DNA of 63,245 nucleotides, counting the filler, from Folioceros fuciformis (lineage: Eukaryota): assembly GCA_049999805.1 (NCBI GenBank). It is 10 parts of 10 records of this genome, joined end to end, with 100 filler letters (N's around TTAATTAATTAA, not from the genome) between each part and the next. Parts side by side here need not be neighbours in the genome. Positions count along the whole stretch, not along the records: positions 59,862 to 63,245 come from JBNGIO010001018.1; 9 more parts are not named here. The stretch is one strand, 5' to 3'. Position 1 is the first letter of the stretch; every line of letters begins with the position of its first letter. The notes beneath the pieces were generated by a model. That model was given only the letters and a program-made list of their open reading frames with translations, was not told the DNA's origin and did not search any database. A program made the position numbers and the translations under genes. Shown one piece after another: positions 62,010 to 63,245 of this stretch.

Positions 62010-63245
62010 TCAAAACTAACTAAGCAAGCTAGCTAGTGCAGATACCTAAACATTCTATAATCCACAAAGCTTGTCAAGCATTGCAAGTTCCTCTTCTAAC
62101 TCTAAGTAGTCTTCACAATACTCCTTAGTCTCTTTTTCTAATGCCCAAAAGGATCCTACAACAAACCTCATAGGTTAAGTGATGAAAATGATGTAACATT
62201 GATAATTAAGTAGTTAGGTAACTCACTATAAAGGTGTTTTGTGTGTCCTTCATATTCTTCACATGGAGATGGAGATGCAACTAACCACATTATTTTTATC
62301 CCTTACTTGTCACACATCTATTCCATGGGGATTTCATGGTCATCCTTTTCTCCAAGAAGTACTACTTATTTCCAGCTGGTAGGTAGGAATTAGGTATTTT
62401 TTTGTTCGTACTTGCTCCCTCATGAGTAGCATGTAGTGGTAGGGCAAATCTCACATGGCTTGTGCCTACACATTTATCTACATCTGAAACATAGAAGTAG
62501 GTTTTTATCAGGAAAAATGCTAGCTTTTAGCTTACATATAAAGGTACCCCCACCTATTTTCCTACTCACTCTTTTCATTTTCATTCATCTCTACTGCCAC
62601 CACTAGCTCTGCTTTGCTAGCCTTCACCTCTTCAATGTGACTATATGCACTAAGATGCGACCTCTAGCTCGAGCTGCCTTCACATATAGCCTAATGGGGG
62701 TCACATAGTTTTTCATGGAGCCTCAAGATTCCTCCGACGTATCATCATCTTCAACTTCAAAATTATCATATCCTGGGTATTCTGAAGACACGGCTCCTTA
62801 GTCTTCACTCATTGGATTTCCACCTTTGTAATGAATAGGAAACACTTGCCGACAAGGATTATCTGCATCAACATCGCAAATTAGCATTATGCAATAATGC
62901 ATTTAATACAATTTATTTTAGGTTTATTTACTTACCAGCCTTTTCGACATCTTCGACCTTTTTAATTACCACTTCGGCGTTCTCTATATGGGCTTGTACG
63001 ACCATCAAGTCCTCCTTTTCATCGACCATATCTTCACATTTGTTAGCAGCTTTGGCACATATTTGAAGAAAATCCATATTAAAATTCAAATTCTTTATAG
63101 TACGACCATGACCCGATAGCGGGATTTTATCTCCCCGTGCTAATGCATCTTGGTACCAATAGATGCGCACACGGCTAGCATGCCGATTCAAGGCATCTTT
63201 TTCACAACGCGCGGCAAGCCGTCTTCTCCTTGTCATGCGCAGCGC

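Overview
Eukaryotic nuclear DNA from a plant-lineage (streptophyte-like) genome with short GT-AG introns. It is not one contiguous locus: ten sequence segments are joined by nine identical artificial 100-nt linkers (44 N + TTAATTAATTAA + 44 N), so adjacency across linkers means nothing. Host genes: an ANTH-domain/Raf-like kinase fusion (PICALM-K-like), an RRM+SPOC RNA-binding protein, the 5' end of a BAM2-type beta-amylase, NAD-dependent formate dehydrogenase (with a GC-AG intron), splicing factor CWC22, an intronless plastid LepA/GUF1, RPL14, and the 3' end of a gene with a FLASH/CASP8AP2-like coiled coil. The rest is mostly transposon debris: three pieces of one Ty1/Copia family, a second Copia derivative, L1 remnants, a gag remnant and an AT-rich CDPK-like pseudogene. 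The most striking item is a Ty3/Gypsy pol (33290-37664, minus) carrying a complete DNMT3/DRM-like C5 cytosine DNA methyltransferase domain fused in frame between protease and reverse transcriptase. All family assignments come from motif recognition by eye; no searches were run.
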